Source: Malacoraja senta
Taxonomy: Eukaryota
Length of the DNA: 36,954 nt
Assembly (NCBI GenBank): GCA_038087875.1
Contig: JAXLNO010000283.1
Span: 1 to 36,954, forward strand
Direction of reading: 5' to 3'
Shown piece after piece: positions 24,815 through 34,620 of this stretch; position 1 is the first letter of the stretch; each line of letters opens with the position of its first letter. The notes below the pieces were generated by a model. The model made no database searches. It worked only from the letters and a program-made list of their open reading frames with translations, and had not been told where the DNA came from. The translations under genes and the position numbers were made by a program.

Positions 24815-25294
24815 TATCACTTGATAGAAAAAGACAAAGTGCTGGAGTAACTCAGCAGATCATGCAACATCTATGATGTTGTCTCGCTGAGTTACTCCAG
24901 TACTATGTGTCCCCTTTTGTAAACCAGCAACTGCAGTCCCTGGTTTTACCACTTACCAGGCTTTGTTCCCACCCCTACAATGAGTCTGAAGAAGGCTCCT
25001 GACCCGAAACATCACCTATCCATGTTTTCCAGAGATGCCGACTGACCCACCATAACAGGAGGTCAGGCAGCATCTGTGGAGAGAGGAACAATTTGCATCA
25101 GCTCTGACTGAAGATCATCAAGCAGAAATGTAATGCTGTTTTGAAGTTTATTTGTCACAGATGCTGCCCGCCTCACTGTTTGAATATTTTCGGCATGTAT
25201 TCTAATTCCTGCAAGTTTAAACTGTTTTGCAAACCCTATCCAAATTGGATATTTTGCATATCTAAATGATTTACATTAAATTTTACAGCCAAAC

Positions 25295-25427
25295 CTCATT
25301 CATCTTTGGATCCTCTGACCCCTGAACATCTCTCGTCTGTTTTATATTTTCCACCATTTTCCTAATAAAAGCATGACTGTTGTTTTCATTTTTGGACATC
25401 AGGATTTCAAGCATAAACCATAAGCAC
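25295..25427 (-). CDS. PDS5B: PDS5B exon: [44 protein letters not shown]
   Basis: Manual translation; acceptor CAG, donor GTTTGG; 133 nt. Confidence 0.95.
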
Positions 25428-25677
25428 CTGGAAAACAAAATTTAAGAGTAAAATGGTGGGTGGCACAGCGATAGAATTGCTGCCTTATAGCGCCAGAGAC
25501 CCAGGTTCAATCCTGACTACAGGTGCTGCCTGTACGGAGTTTGTACGTTCTTCCTGTGACCGCATGGGTTTTTCCTGGGTACTCTAGTTTCCTCTCAAAC
25601 TCCAAGGACGTGGAAGTTTGTAGGTTAATTGGCTTTTGTGTAAATTGTCCCTAGCGTGTAGCTTGTGTTAGTGTAAC

Positions 25678-25820
25678 GTGGGGGGTGGAAGATTGCAACC
25701 TTCACATGGTCCGCCCTGTTTCGACGAATGCAATCAACCCGGTGTGCACAATCAAATAAGATCAAATAGAACAAGTTGTCCTACAACTTTGGGCTGTGCA
25801 CGCCATACGCAAGAAGAAGA
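25678..25820 (+). mobile_element. 143-bp non-autonomous retroposon with (AAG)n tail and 8-bp TSD (Vingi/RTE-type partner inferred)
   Basis: AGTGTAAC at 25670-25677 and 25821-25828; ends GCCATACGCAAGAAGAAGA. Confidence 0.85.
25682..25735 (+). ncRNA. HDV/CPEB3-like ribozyme fold
   Basis: P1 GGGGUGG/CCGCCCU, P2 GAUUGCA/UGCAAUC, P3 ACC/GGU, L3 UUCACAU, J4/2 CGAA, minimal P4. Confidence 0.8.
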
Positions 25821-26071
25821 AGTGTAACATGGATCGCTGGTTGGCACAGACTTGGTGGGCCGAAGAGTCTGTTTCCCTGCTGTATCTCTAAACTAAACTA
25901 ATTTATCAGTTTGCCTACTTCACTACAACGTTTTAATGAGGAGCCTTTAACAGAGTTTAAAAGCAGACAACCTTTCCCTAAATGCTCCATTGTATCCATT
26001 AAATGGACACAACCAAACTCATCTCCAAAGTCCTAGACCTCAGAGGCAGATCCACCCCCCTCTGCAACTAG

Positions 26072-26394
26072 GTTTAGCTATGTTTTTGAGATACAGCACG
26101 GAAACAGGCCCTTCGGCCCAACTGGTCCGCGCCGGCCAGCGATCCCCGCACATTAACACTATCCTACACCCACTAGGGACAATTTTTACATTTACCAAGT
26201 CAATTAGCCTACAAACCTGTACGTCTTTGGAGCGTGGGAGGAAACCGAAGATTTTAGAGAAAACCAACGCAGGTCACAAGGAGAACGTAAAAAACTCCAT
26301 ACAGACAAGCACCCATAGTCAGGATCGAACCCTGGTCTCCGGCGCTGCACTCGTTGTAAAGCACAACTCTAATGCTCTGACACCGTGACCGCCC
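26072..26394 (-). mobile_element. HE1-type V-SINE
   Basis: Reverse complement has B-box GGTTCGATCC, V-domain and CR1-derived tail. Confidence 0.88.
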
Positions 26395-26475
26395 TCTATA
26401 GATCTATAATCAGCAAACAGTAAGGACTGATGATAATTCCTCCACAATAATTAGTAACACCAATGTCCCATAAGA

Positions 26476-26754
26476 AAGACATAAAATACTGGAGTATTTT
26501 GGAGAAAAGGAATAGGCGACGTTTTGGATTGAGATTCTTCTTCAGACTGAGTCAGGGGAGAGGGAAACTAAAGTTATGAAAAGGTACAGAAAAGATCAGG
26601 GCAGTGGAGAAGGTGATAACGAGGGATACAAACAGTAAACTAGGACAACTAGGGTGGGGGAGGCAAGGGTTACTTGAAATTAGAGAAATCCGAGTAACTC
26701 CAGCATTTTGTCTATCTTCAGTGTAAACCAGCATCTGCAGTTCCTTCCTGTATA
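26476..26754. mobile_element. Inverted Penelope-derived insert with 15-bp TSD
   Basis: CAATGTCCCATAAGA at 26461-26475 and 26755-26769. Confidence 0.85.
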
Positions 26755-26860
26755 CAATGTCCCATAAGACTCATTCTCAGCCGGTACTATGTTCCCTATA
26801 CACTTGTGACTGTGCAGCTAAATTCTGCTCTATTACATTTAGATTAGACAGCATACTTAC

Positions 26861-26975
26861 TCTTTAATGTCCTTCAGCTGTTCAATATCCTGCACCTTTA
26901 CATAATCTGGATCATGCGCAAGAAGGTGAATTGTGTATGGAACAACGTACTCGGGCAGCAATGATAACAATTTTT
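26861..26975 (-). CDS. PDS5B: PDS5B exon: [39 protein letters not shown]
   Basis: Manual translation; acceptor CAG, donor GTAAGT; 115 nt. Confidence 0.96.
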
Positions 26976-27301
26976 CTGCAGTTGTGCAAAAGTAAAAAGA
27001 TTAGAATTCCCAATTATTCCAGAAAGTTATTACAACTACATGGCATCATTAAGTGACAAACTTTTTATTTAATACCAACACGGATTTGCCTAATTACATC
27101 AACAAAGGCAGCATTGAAACATGTTATGTAGTTTAACTTGGCATCATGTTCGGCACATTGTGGCCTGCTCCTGTGCTGCACTGTTCTATGTTTTAAAGAA
27201 AAATAGATGCTGAATGTTTCTTTGAATAAGAAAAATCAAAGACTATTAATTTTTGCTGCTGCAGAAGGTTATTTTATTTCTTAAACCTTGGCAATACCTA
27301 C

Positions 27302-27506
27302 CACTCACTGCTGCGTGCTGTTTGAGATATTCCCTCCTAATATTGATATTTTTCACCAGGCATTGCCTGGCATGTGCTCTTCTTTCTTTTGCTGGGTCCT
27401 TTGCACACAGTGAAAAAATTGCCATATACTCGAGTGGTAGTCGTAGTTTGGCAAGTCCTTTGTTGAGCTTCTGTGCAAATATCTGCCTCACTTGATAACA
27501 TTCATC
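27302..27506 (-). CDS. PDS5B: PDS5B exon: [68 protein letters not shown]
   Basis: KQHAAVS is PDS5B-type; acceptor CAG, donor GTAGGT; 205 nt, phase compatible with neighbours. Confidence 0.96.
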
Positions 27507-27583
27507 CTGTAAATAAGCAAATATTACTGAAAGGCAAAAGAAAATAGCCATCTTACTAATTGGAAACAATGTTTAAACTGACA

Positions 27584-30500
27584 AAAGGACACAAAGTGCT
27601 GGAGTAACTCAGCGGGTCAAGCAGCATCTCTGGAAAACATAATTAGGTGACGTTTCAGGTCGAGACCCTTCTTCACGCTGAAGATGGAACCAGATGGGTG
27701 AAGGGACGGGTTACACCTTATCTGGAGGGGGAGCGACGTTCTGGCAGACAGGTTTGCTAGGGCTACACGTGTGGGTTTAAACTAAATAGTGGGGGTGGAG
27801 GGATTGACAAATTGGGAGTATAAAGATAGAGTTAAAGGGGAAGTGAGTACAAGAAAAGTTACAAAAGACACAAATTAAAGGGAAGGAAAGTTCAAGAAGC
27901 GATAAGAGAGTAAGGTCAGCTCAAATTGTAAGCGGTGTGAGAAGGGAGGTGAATACTGACGTCAAAGTGTTGTATATGAATGCGCGAAGTATAAGAAATA
28001 AAGTGGATGAGCTTGAGGCTCAGTTAGAAATTGGCAAGTATGATGTTGTGGGAATTAGAGACATGGCTGCAAGAGGGCCAGGGCTGGGAACTGAATATTC
28101 TAGGGTATACCTCCTATCGAAAAGACAGACGGGTGGTCTGAGGGGGTGGGTAGCTCTGTTGATGAGGAATGAAATTCAGTCCCTTGCAAGAGGTGACATT
28201 GAAACAGGAGATGTAGAGTCAGTATGGATAGAACTAAGGAATTGTAAGGGTACAAAGACCCTAATGGGACTTATCTACAGGCCCCCAAACAGTAGCCTGG
28301 ATATAGGGTGCACATTGAATCAAGAGGTAAAATGGGCATGTCGTAAAGGTAATGCTACGGTTGTTATGGGAGATTTCAACATGCAGGTAGACTGGGAAAA
28401 TCAGAATGGTACTGGACCCCAAGAAAGGGTGTTTGTGGAGTGCCTCCGAGATGGATTCTGAGAGCCTACCAGGGAGAAGGCAATTCTGGATTTAGTGTTG
28501 TGTAATGAACCGGATTTGATAAGGGAAATTGAGGTTAAGGAGCCATTAGGAGGTAGTGACCATAATATGGTAAGTTTTAATCTACAATTTGAGAGGGAGA
28601 AGGGTAAATCGGAGGTGTCAGTGTTACAGTTGAACAAAGGGGACTATGGAGCCATGTGGGAGGAGCTGGCCAAAGTTGACTGGAAAGATACCCTAGCAGG
28701 GATGACAGTGGAACAACAATGGCAGGTATTTCTGGGAATAATACAGAAGGTGCAGGATCAGTTCATTCCAAAGAGGAAGAAAGATTCCAAGGGGAGTAAG
28801 GGGCGACCATGGCTGACAAGGGACGTCAGGGACAGTGTAAAAATAAAACTGAAGTAAAACGTAGCAAAGATGAGCGGGAAGCAAGAGGATTGGATAATGT
28901 TTAAAGACCAACAGAAGATAACTAAAAAGGTAATACGGGAGAAAAGTTGAGGTATGAAGGTAAGCTAGCCAAGAATATAAAGGAGGATAGTAAAAGCTTC
29001 TTTAGGAATGTGAAGAGGAAAAAATTAGTTGACCAAAGTTGGACCCTTGAAGACTGAAAAAGGTGAGTTTATTATGGGAAACAAGGAAATAGCAGATGAG
29101 TTGAACAGGTACTTTGGATCCGTTTTCACGAACATGGACACAAACAATCTCCCTGATGTACTAGTGGCCAGAGGATCTGGGGTGACGGAGGAACAGAAGG
29201 AAATCCACATTAGACAGGAAATGGTGTTGGGTAGACCGATGGGACTGAAGGCTGATAAATCCCCAGGGCCTGATGGTCTGCATCCCAGGGTACTTAAGGA
29301 AGTGGCTCTAGAAATCGTAGACGCATTGGTGATCATTTTCCTATGTTCTATAGATTCTATGGATTGGAGGGTAGCTAATGTTATCCTACTTTTTAAGAAA
29401 GGCAGGAGAGAGAAAACAGGGAATTATAGACCAGTTAGCCTTACATCGGTGGTGGGGAAGATGCTGGAGTCAATCATAAAAGATGAAATAGCGGCACATT
29501 TGGATAGCAGTAACAGGATCGGTCCGAGTCAGCATGGATTTACGAAGGGGAAATCATGCTTGACTGATCTTCTGGAATTTTTTGAGGATGCAACTAGGAA
29601 AATGGACAAGGGAGAAGCCAGTGGATGTAGTGTACCAGGACTTTCAGAAAGCATTTGATAAGGTCCCACATAGGAGATTAGTGCGCAAAATTAGGGCACA
29701 TGGTATTGGGGGTAGAGTGCTGACATGGATAGAAAATTGGTTGGCAGACAGGAAACAAGGAGTAGGGATTAACGAGTCCCTTTCAGAATGGCAGGCAGAG
29801 ACTAGTGGGGTACCGCAAGGCTCGGTGCTGGGACCGTAGCTATTTACAATATACATCAATGTTTTAGATGAAGGGATTCAAAGTAACATTAGCAAATGTG
29901 CAGATGACAGAAAGCTGGGTGGCAGTGTGAACTGTGAGGAGGATGCTATGAGAATGCAGGGTGACTTGGACAGGTTGGGTGAGTGGGCAGATGCATGACA
30001 GATGCAGTTTAATGTGGATAAATGTGAGGTTATCCACTTTGGTAGCAAAAACAGGAAGGCAGATTATTATCTAAATGGTGTCAAGTTGGGAAAAGGGGAA
30101 GTACAACGGGATCTGGTGGTCCTTGCTTATCAGTCAATGAAAGTAAGCATGCAGGTACAGGAGGCAGTGAAGAAAGCGAATGGCATGTTGGCCTTCATAA
30201 CAAGAGGAGCTGAGTATAGGAGAAAAGAGGTCCTTCTACAGTTGTACAGGGCCCTAGTGCGACCACACCTGGAGTATTGTGTGCAGTTTTGGTCCCCTAA
30301 TTTGAGGAAGGACATTCTTGCTATTGAGGGAGTGCAGCGTAGGTTCACAAGGTTAATTCCCGGGATGGCGGGACTGTCATATGCTGAGAGAATGGAGCGG
30401 CTGGGCTTGGATACTCTGGAATTTAGATGAGAGGGGATCTTATTGAAACATATAAGATTATTAAGGGTTTGGAGGTAGGAAACATGTTCCCGATGTTGGG

Positions 30501-30957
30501 GGAGTCCAGAACCAGGGGCCACGGTAACAATAATGGGTAAGGCATTTAGAACGGAGATGATGAAACACTTTTTCACACAGAGAGTTATGAGTCTGTGGAA
30601 TTCTCTGCTTCAGAGGGCGGTGGAGGCCGGTTCTCTGGATACTATCAAGAGAGTTTGATAGGGCTCTTAAAGATAGCGGAGTCAGGAGATATGGGGAGAA
30701 AACAGGAACGGGGTACCGATTGTGGATGATGAGGCATGATCACATTGAATGGCGGTGCTGGCTCGAAGGGCCGAATGGCCTACTCCTGCACCTATTGTCT
30801 ATAAGAGATGCGGTGGATGAAATGTACCCTTCCTCAGTCTGAACCCAAAATGTGACCAACCCCGTGTTCTCCAAAGATGCTGCCTGACCTGCAGAGTTGC
30901 TCCAGCACTTTGTGGCCTTTTGCGTATTAACCAGCATCTAGAGTTCTTTGGTTCTAT
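27584..30957. mobile_element. Inverted Penelope-derived pair (27584-27680 minus; ~30835-30957 plus) with a CR1 inserted in its centre
   Basis: Flanking direct repeats AATGTTTAAACTGACA (27568-27583) and AATGATTAAACTAACA (30958-30973), 14/16 identical. Confidence 0.7.
27690..30800 (+). mobile_element. Long CR1 LINE: end of ORF1 (SGNH esterase), disrupted ORF2 (APE and RT) and 3'UTR
   Basis: RDGLHL..FARATRVGLN* (ORF1 end); [54 protein letters not shown]; multiple stops and frameshifts. Confidence 0.96.
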
Positions 30958-31129
30958 AATGATTAAACTAACATGTCACAAGGTGCAATTTCCCACATTC
31001 TTTATCAATTCATTTCAGATCGTGATCAGTTCCTTGTCCTTTCATATTTTGAGAAATCAAAGAGCTCCATCTGGCATAAACTGTATGCATAGGTTCAAGA
31101 AAATTCATAATTTTATAATGCAATATCCG

Positions 31130-31712
31130 GAAACAGCTTCTTCCTCTGTTATCAGGTTTTGGAATGATCTTCCATAAGCTAGGGTACTGCCCGATGCACC
31201 TCTACCCCATTGTGAACATCGGACTTTGTCTTTGGAACTGATGCCCTACAATGTTGAGAACTATACTCTGCAGTTTGTATCTTCCCCTTTGCTGTATGTT
31301 TAGTTGAAAAATACAGCATGGAAACAGGCCTTTTGGCCCACTGTTTATCACCCGTTCACAATAGTTCTATGTTATCCCATTTCCCCAATTATTCCCTACA
31401 CACTTGGGCCTATTTTACAAAGGACAATTAACCTACAAACTCGCACATCTTTGGGATGTGGGAGAAAACCGGAGCAAAAATAGGAAACACATGCAGGTCA
31501 CAGGGAGAACAAGCAAACTCCACACAAATAGCACCCAAGGTCAGAACCTGGGTCTCTGACACTGTGAGGCAGCAGCTCTACCAGCTGCACCATTGTGACA
31601 CACTATCTATTGTACTTGAGTTTGACTTGATTTTATTTATGTATAATGCATCTGATCTGTTTGGATAGCATGCAAAACAAAGCTTTTCACATGACAATAA
31701 TAAACTTAACCT
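31130..31712 (+). mobile_element. Rex/Babar-like 3' fragment with an HE1 SINE (minus, ~31305-31600) inserted
   Basis: AAACAGCTTCTTCC..ATCAGG motif and CAAAGCTTTTCAC..ACAATAATAAAC tail; V-SINE in reverse orientation inside. Confidence 0.65.
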
Positions 31713-32214
31713 AAAAACACTTACATTTCAGTGCATGATTGCCAACATTGCACTGGATCAGCTCATGCATAAAAATAAGATCACAATAATGAAAGTGAAT
31801 GCCTCTCAAACAAGATTTAGATCACTCTCTAATCAGATTTCTCTAACCAAAGATGATACTCGGCAGAAGCCACACAAAAGTTTGACTAATCCACCACTAA
31901 TCCAACTACTTGTGTGCTTCAAAGAGCCAATCCTTTACAAATTCAATCTGCTGAAATCCAATAAAAGTCAAATAGGGTAAATAGAGTTGTTTCTGAAATC
32001 AGCAAATAATTCAAAGACCAGGGACATGGTTTAAAAATGGAATACAAGGTAAGCTAAAATAAAAAGATACTGGAGATGAATAGGACCTCTCTGTCTGGAA
32101 GACTGCTGAAGAATTAATCAGGGCTTTCAAAAAGAAAGTGTATAATCACTTGAAATTATATAATTCTGGAGCTAAAGAGAAAGAGGCTGGCCACAGTGGA
32201 CCGTTCTACTGTGA

Positions 32215-32305
32215 CAGGGCTCAAAATTAGCGGTTGCCCGGGTGCCAATGACCACCCAAAGTGCCGTCGGGCAACCAAAACGCAGTCATTTTGCCCGGCT
32301 TGGCA
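32215..32305 (+). mobile_element. Probable hAT-like DNA transposon end, only one terminus seen
   Basis: Starts CAGGGCTCAAAATTAGCGG; internal inverted GGTTGCCCG/CGGGCAACC; followed by a minus Penelope-derived repeat (32308-32400). Confidence 0.45.
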
Positions 32306-32665
32306 CAGCAGATACTGGTTTATACCGTAGATGGACATGAAAAACTGGAGTAACTCTGCGGGTCAGGCAGCATCTCTGGAGAAAACGAATGTGACGTTTC
32401 ATGTCGGCGACGGCAGTAGTGTGGGGCAAAGATACTAGGTGCGTGGTGACGAAGGGTCAGAGCGAATGACGGGCCCTGCACAGCAGCAGCAGCGGCCGCG
32501 GCTTCACCTCCTCCTCCCGCACCCCGCCCGCCCTGATAGCGGCCCCTGCTTGCAAATCCGCTAACGGCGATAACCGCTTTCAAAACAAACCCTCTCGCAC
32601 GCCGAGGCCGGGAGGAGGGAGGGAGGGAGGGGGAGGCCTCCTTCCGCCGTCTGAAGCAGCTGCAC

Positions 32666-32693
32666 CAAAGATCCTATAGCTATAGAATCTTTG
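32666..32693. mobile_element. 28-bp TIR-TIR remnant with perfect 8-bp TSD
   Basis: AGCTGCAC-CAAAGATCCTATAG-CTATAGAATCTTTG-AGCTGCAC. Confidence 0.75.
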
Positions 32694-32939
32694 AGCTGCA
32701 CCGCTCAGCCCCGCAATCTTGCTGTTGGCTGGCGGAGGAGGGGAGGCGGTGGCGAGGAGATCCCAATCGCCTCCCCCTTTGACGGCGGCACTTGGCTGTG
32801 GACAGGGGCGGCCAAGGCAGCGGGTGATGTTGTCCGAGGAGCGTTGACCTTCCTTCCTCCCCACCTCGCCCCCCCCTCTCTCTCTCTCTCTCTCTCTCGT
32901 ACGCCCCCTCCAATCCTGAGACCCCTCCTCTCCATCCCG

Positions 32940-33510
32940 CACTGATCCCCATTCCCGCCTCTATTCAGTCCTCACTGACATCCCCTGTGCTCCCCCCCCA
33001 ATCTATTCATCCTGCGCTGATCACCCTATCCACCTCGCATTGATTCTCCTGCCACCCCACATCCATCCTACACTGGTCCCCCAATTCATCCTGGACTGAC
33101 CCCCCTTCCCATCCATCCTGCACTGCTCCCCCATCCATCCTGTACTGATCCCCCCATTCATCCTGCGCTGATCCCGCCCCCCATTCATCCTGCAGACCCT
33201 CCGATCCACACTTAACTGACCCCCATCCCATTCATCCTGTACTGATTCCCCCCATTCATCCTGTACTGACCCCCCCCCCCCATCCATCCTGTACTGATCC
33301 CCCCATTCAAGAAGAATGAGGTGAACAGTCTGAAGAAGGGTCTCGACCCGAAACGTTGCCTATTTCCTTCGCTCCATAGATGCTGCCTCACCTTCTGAGT
33401 TTCTCCAGCATTTTTGTCTACCGCCATTCATCCTGCAGTGAACCCCCCCATTCATCCTGTACTGATCCCCCCCCATTCACACCACTGACATCCCCTGTGC
33501 TCTCCCCTCA
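32940..33510. repeat. C-rich minisatellite, ~22-bp unit CCATTCATCCTGTACTGATCCC, with a Penelope-derived repeat inserted at ~33309-33422
   Basis: Many degenerate tandem units; explains the repetitive QDEW/YRMNG ORFs; (CT)n at 32876-32897 upstream. Confidence 0.9.
33327..33360 (+). ncRNA. Minimal hammerhead ribozyme motif, core intact
   Basis: AGU-CUGAAGA-A-GGGU(CUCG)ACCC-GAAAC-GUU-GCC. Confidence 0.55.
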
Positions 33511-33990
33511 CAATTTTACATACTCCAACCAACACGTACTAATTCACCTGACTCAATCCATCCATTCCACACCGATTCGCCCTTCTCAACCCCCCCTCCC
33601 CCCCCCTCCGCGCCCATCTATCCACCCGCCTACATCTACCTAAAAGGAAAGCCAGAATTTTAATTGAATATCTGACCTCAAACTCAACCTCCAACAATGT
33701 AGCACTCCTTTTTATACTGCACTGCAGTGCTGGTTTTGATAATGTGCTCAAACCTATTGTGTGACTTGACCAATGACCAATTCAGAGGTTCTTAAGTTAC
33801 CATGGCAACAAGTACAATGGGATAATAATATTAAATGCAGTGATGTTTTTGCTTTAACGCAATGCAAAAGCATTCTTTATTCCAAGAAATTTCAAGTGCT
33901 TGAAAGCAAACTGAGAAAATATTCTGGAGCAATTAGTAACTGAAGAACATTTCTTTTAGCACAAGCACAGCACAACTTAGCTTTCAAACA

Positions 33991-34122
33991 AGCAGCTCTG
34001 AAGAAGATCTCGAACCGAAATGTCACCCATCCATGTTCTCCAGAGATGCTGTATGACCCGCTAAGTTACTTCAGCACTTTTGACCTTTTGTATATTGACC
34101 AGCATCTGCAGTTCTTTGTTTC
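33991..34122 (+). mobile_element. Solo Penelope-derived repeat with 13-bp TSD
   Basis: TAGCTTTCAAACA at 33978-33990 and 34123-34135; begins 7 nt before CTGAAGAAG. Confidence 0.85.
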
Positions 34123-34299
34123 TAGCTTTCAAACATTCTTGGTTGATTAAAGTCAGCTATCCATTCCAAATTCAAATTCTTCTAAAAACATGCTTAGTTG
34201 ATTAGAAGATTATTCAATGTATAAACATACATTTTGTACACTAGGTGTACACTAGACGATACATTTATCATCAGGAGGTTGAAGGAAGAATAAAATATA

Positions 34300-34620
34300 A
34301 TGCCCTGGAATTTCTACCAATATCCCAGGGCCCAAGACAGATCATTAGAGATGTGCACACACAGGATCTTGAAACTGCTGACTCTTTCCAGCTGTCCCAT
34401 CAATGATGACAGCTGCACGATCCCTCAGTTTTCCCTTCCTGAAGTCATCAACTCCTTCGTCTTGCTAGCACTGAGAGCAAGATTGTTGATCTGGCATCAC
34501 TCAACCAGATTATTCATCTCTTACTTGTTAATACCCGTTATTTGTCCAACGATGGCAGTATTGTCAGTGATTTAGATATACCGTTGGGACAGTGTCTTGC
34601 TACAAAGTCATGTCCCAGCA
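34300..34620 (-). mobile_element. Rex1/Babar-type LINE RT remnant
   Basis: Minus frames TDNTAIVGQIT..CQINNLALSASKTKEL..DFRKG..ERVSSFKILCVHISNDL. Confidence 0.75.

Larger units (their letters stand above)
21545..25050 (+). mobile_element. Penelope-like 3' remnant (21545-21806 and 24817-25050) split by the Tc1 insertion
   Basis: QSEATCKLEEQYLIF (PLE ORF end); C/T-rich UTR; resumes after the Tc1 and ends in a hammerhead-like repeat at 24986. Confidence 0.7.
25455..25900 (+). mobile_element. HE1-type tRNA-derived V-SINE, interrupted at 25678-25820
   Basis: A-box-like GGTGGCACAGCGATAG, B-box GGTTCAATCC (25504), V-domain, CR1-like tail with (CTAAA)n. Confidence 0.9.

Noticed and set aside
25455..25530. 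tRNA gene
   Set aside because: The A/B boxes belong to the tRNA-derived head of an HE1 SINE; no full cloverleaf.
27690..30800. Active CR1 or intact RT gene
   Set aside because: Multiple frameshifts and stops, and it is 5'-truncated within ORF1.
32400..32900. GC-rich CpG-island-like stretch with several overlapping ORFs as a promoter or new gene
   Set aside because: Low-complexity ORFs without homology signals, flanked by transposon ends and satellites; more likely the interior of a repeat.
32940..33510. Regularly spaced ~22-bp repeats (CRISPR-like or repeat-protein ORFs QDEWG/YRMNG)
   Set aside because: Tandem minisatellite with no unique spacers in a vertebrate intron; the ORFs are by-products of the repeat.
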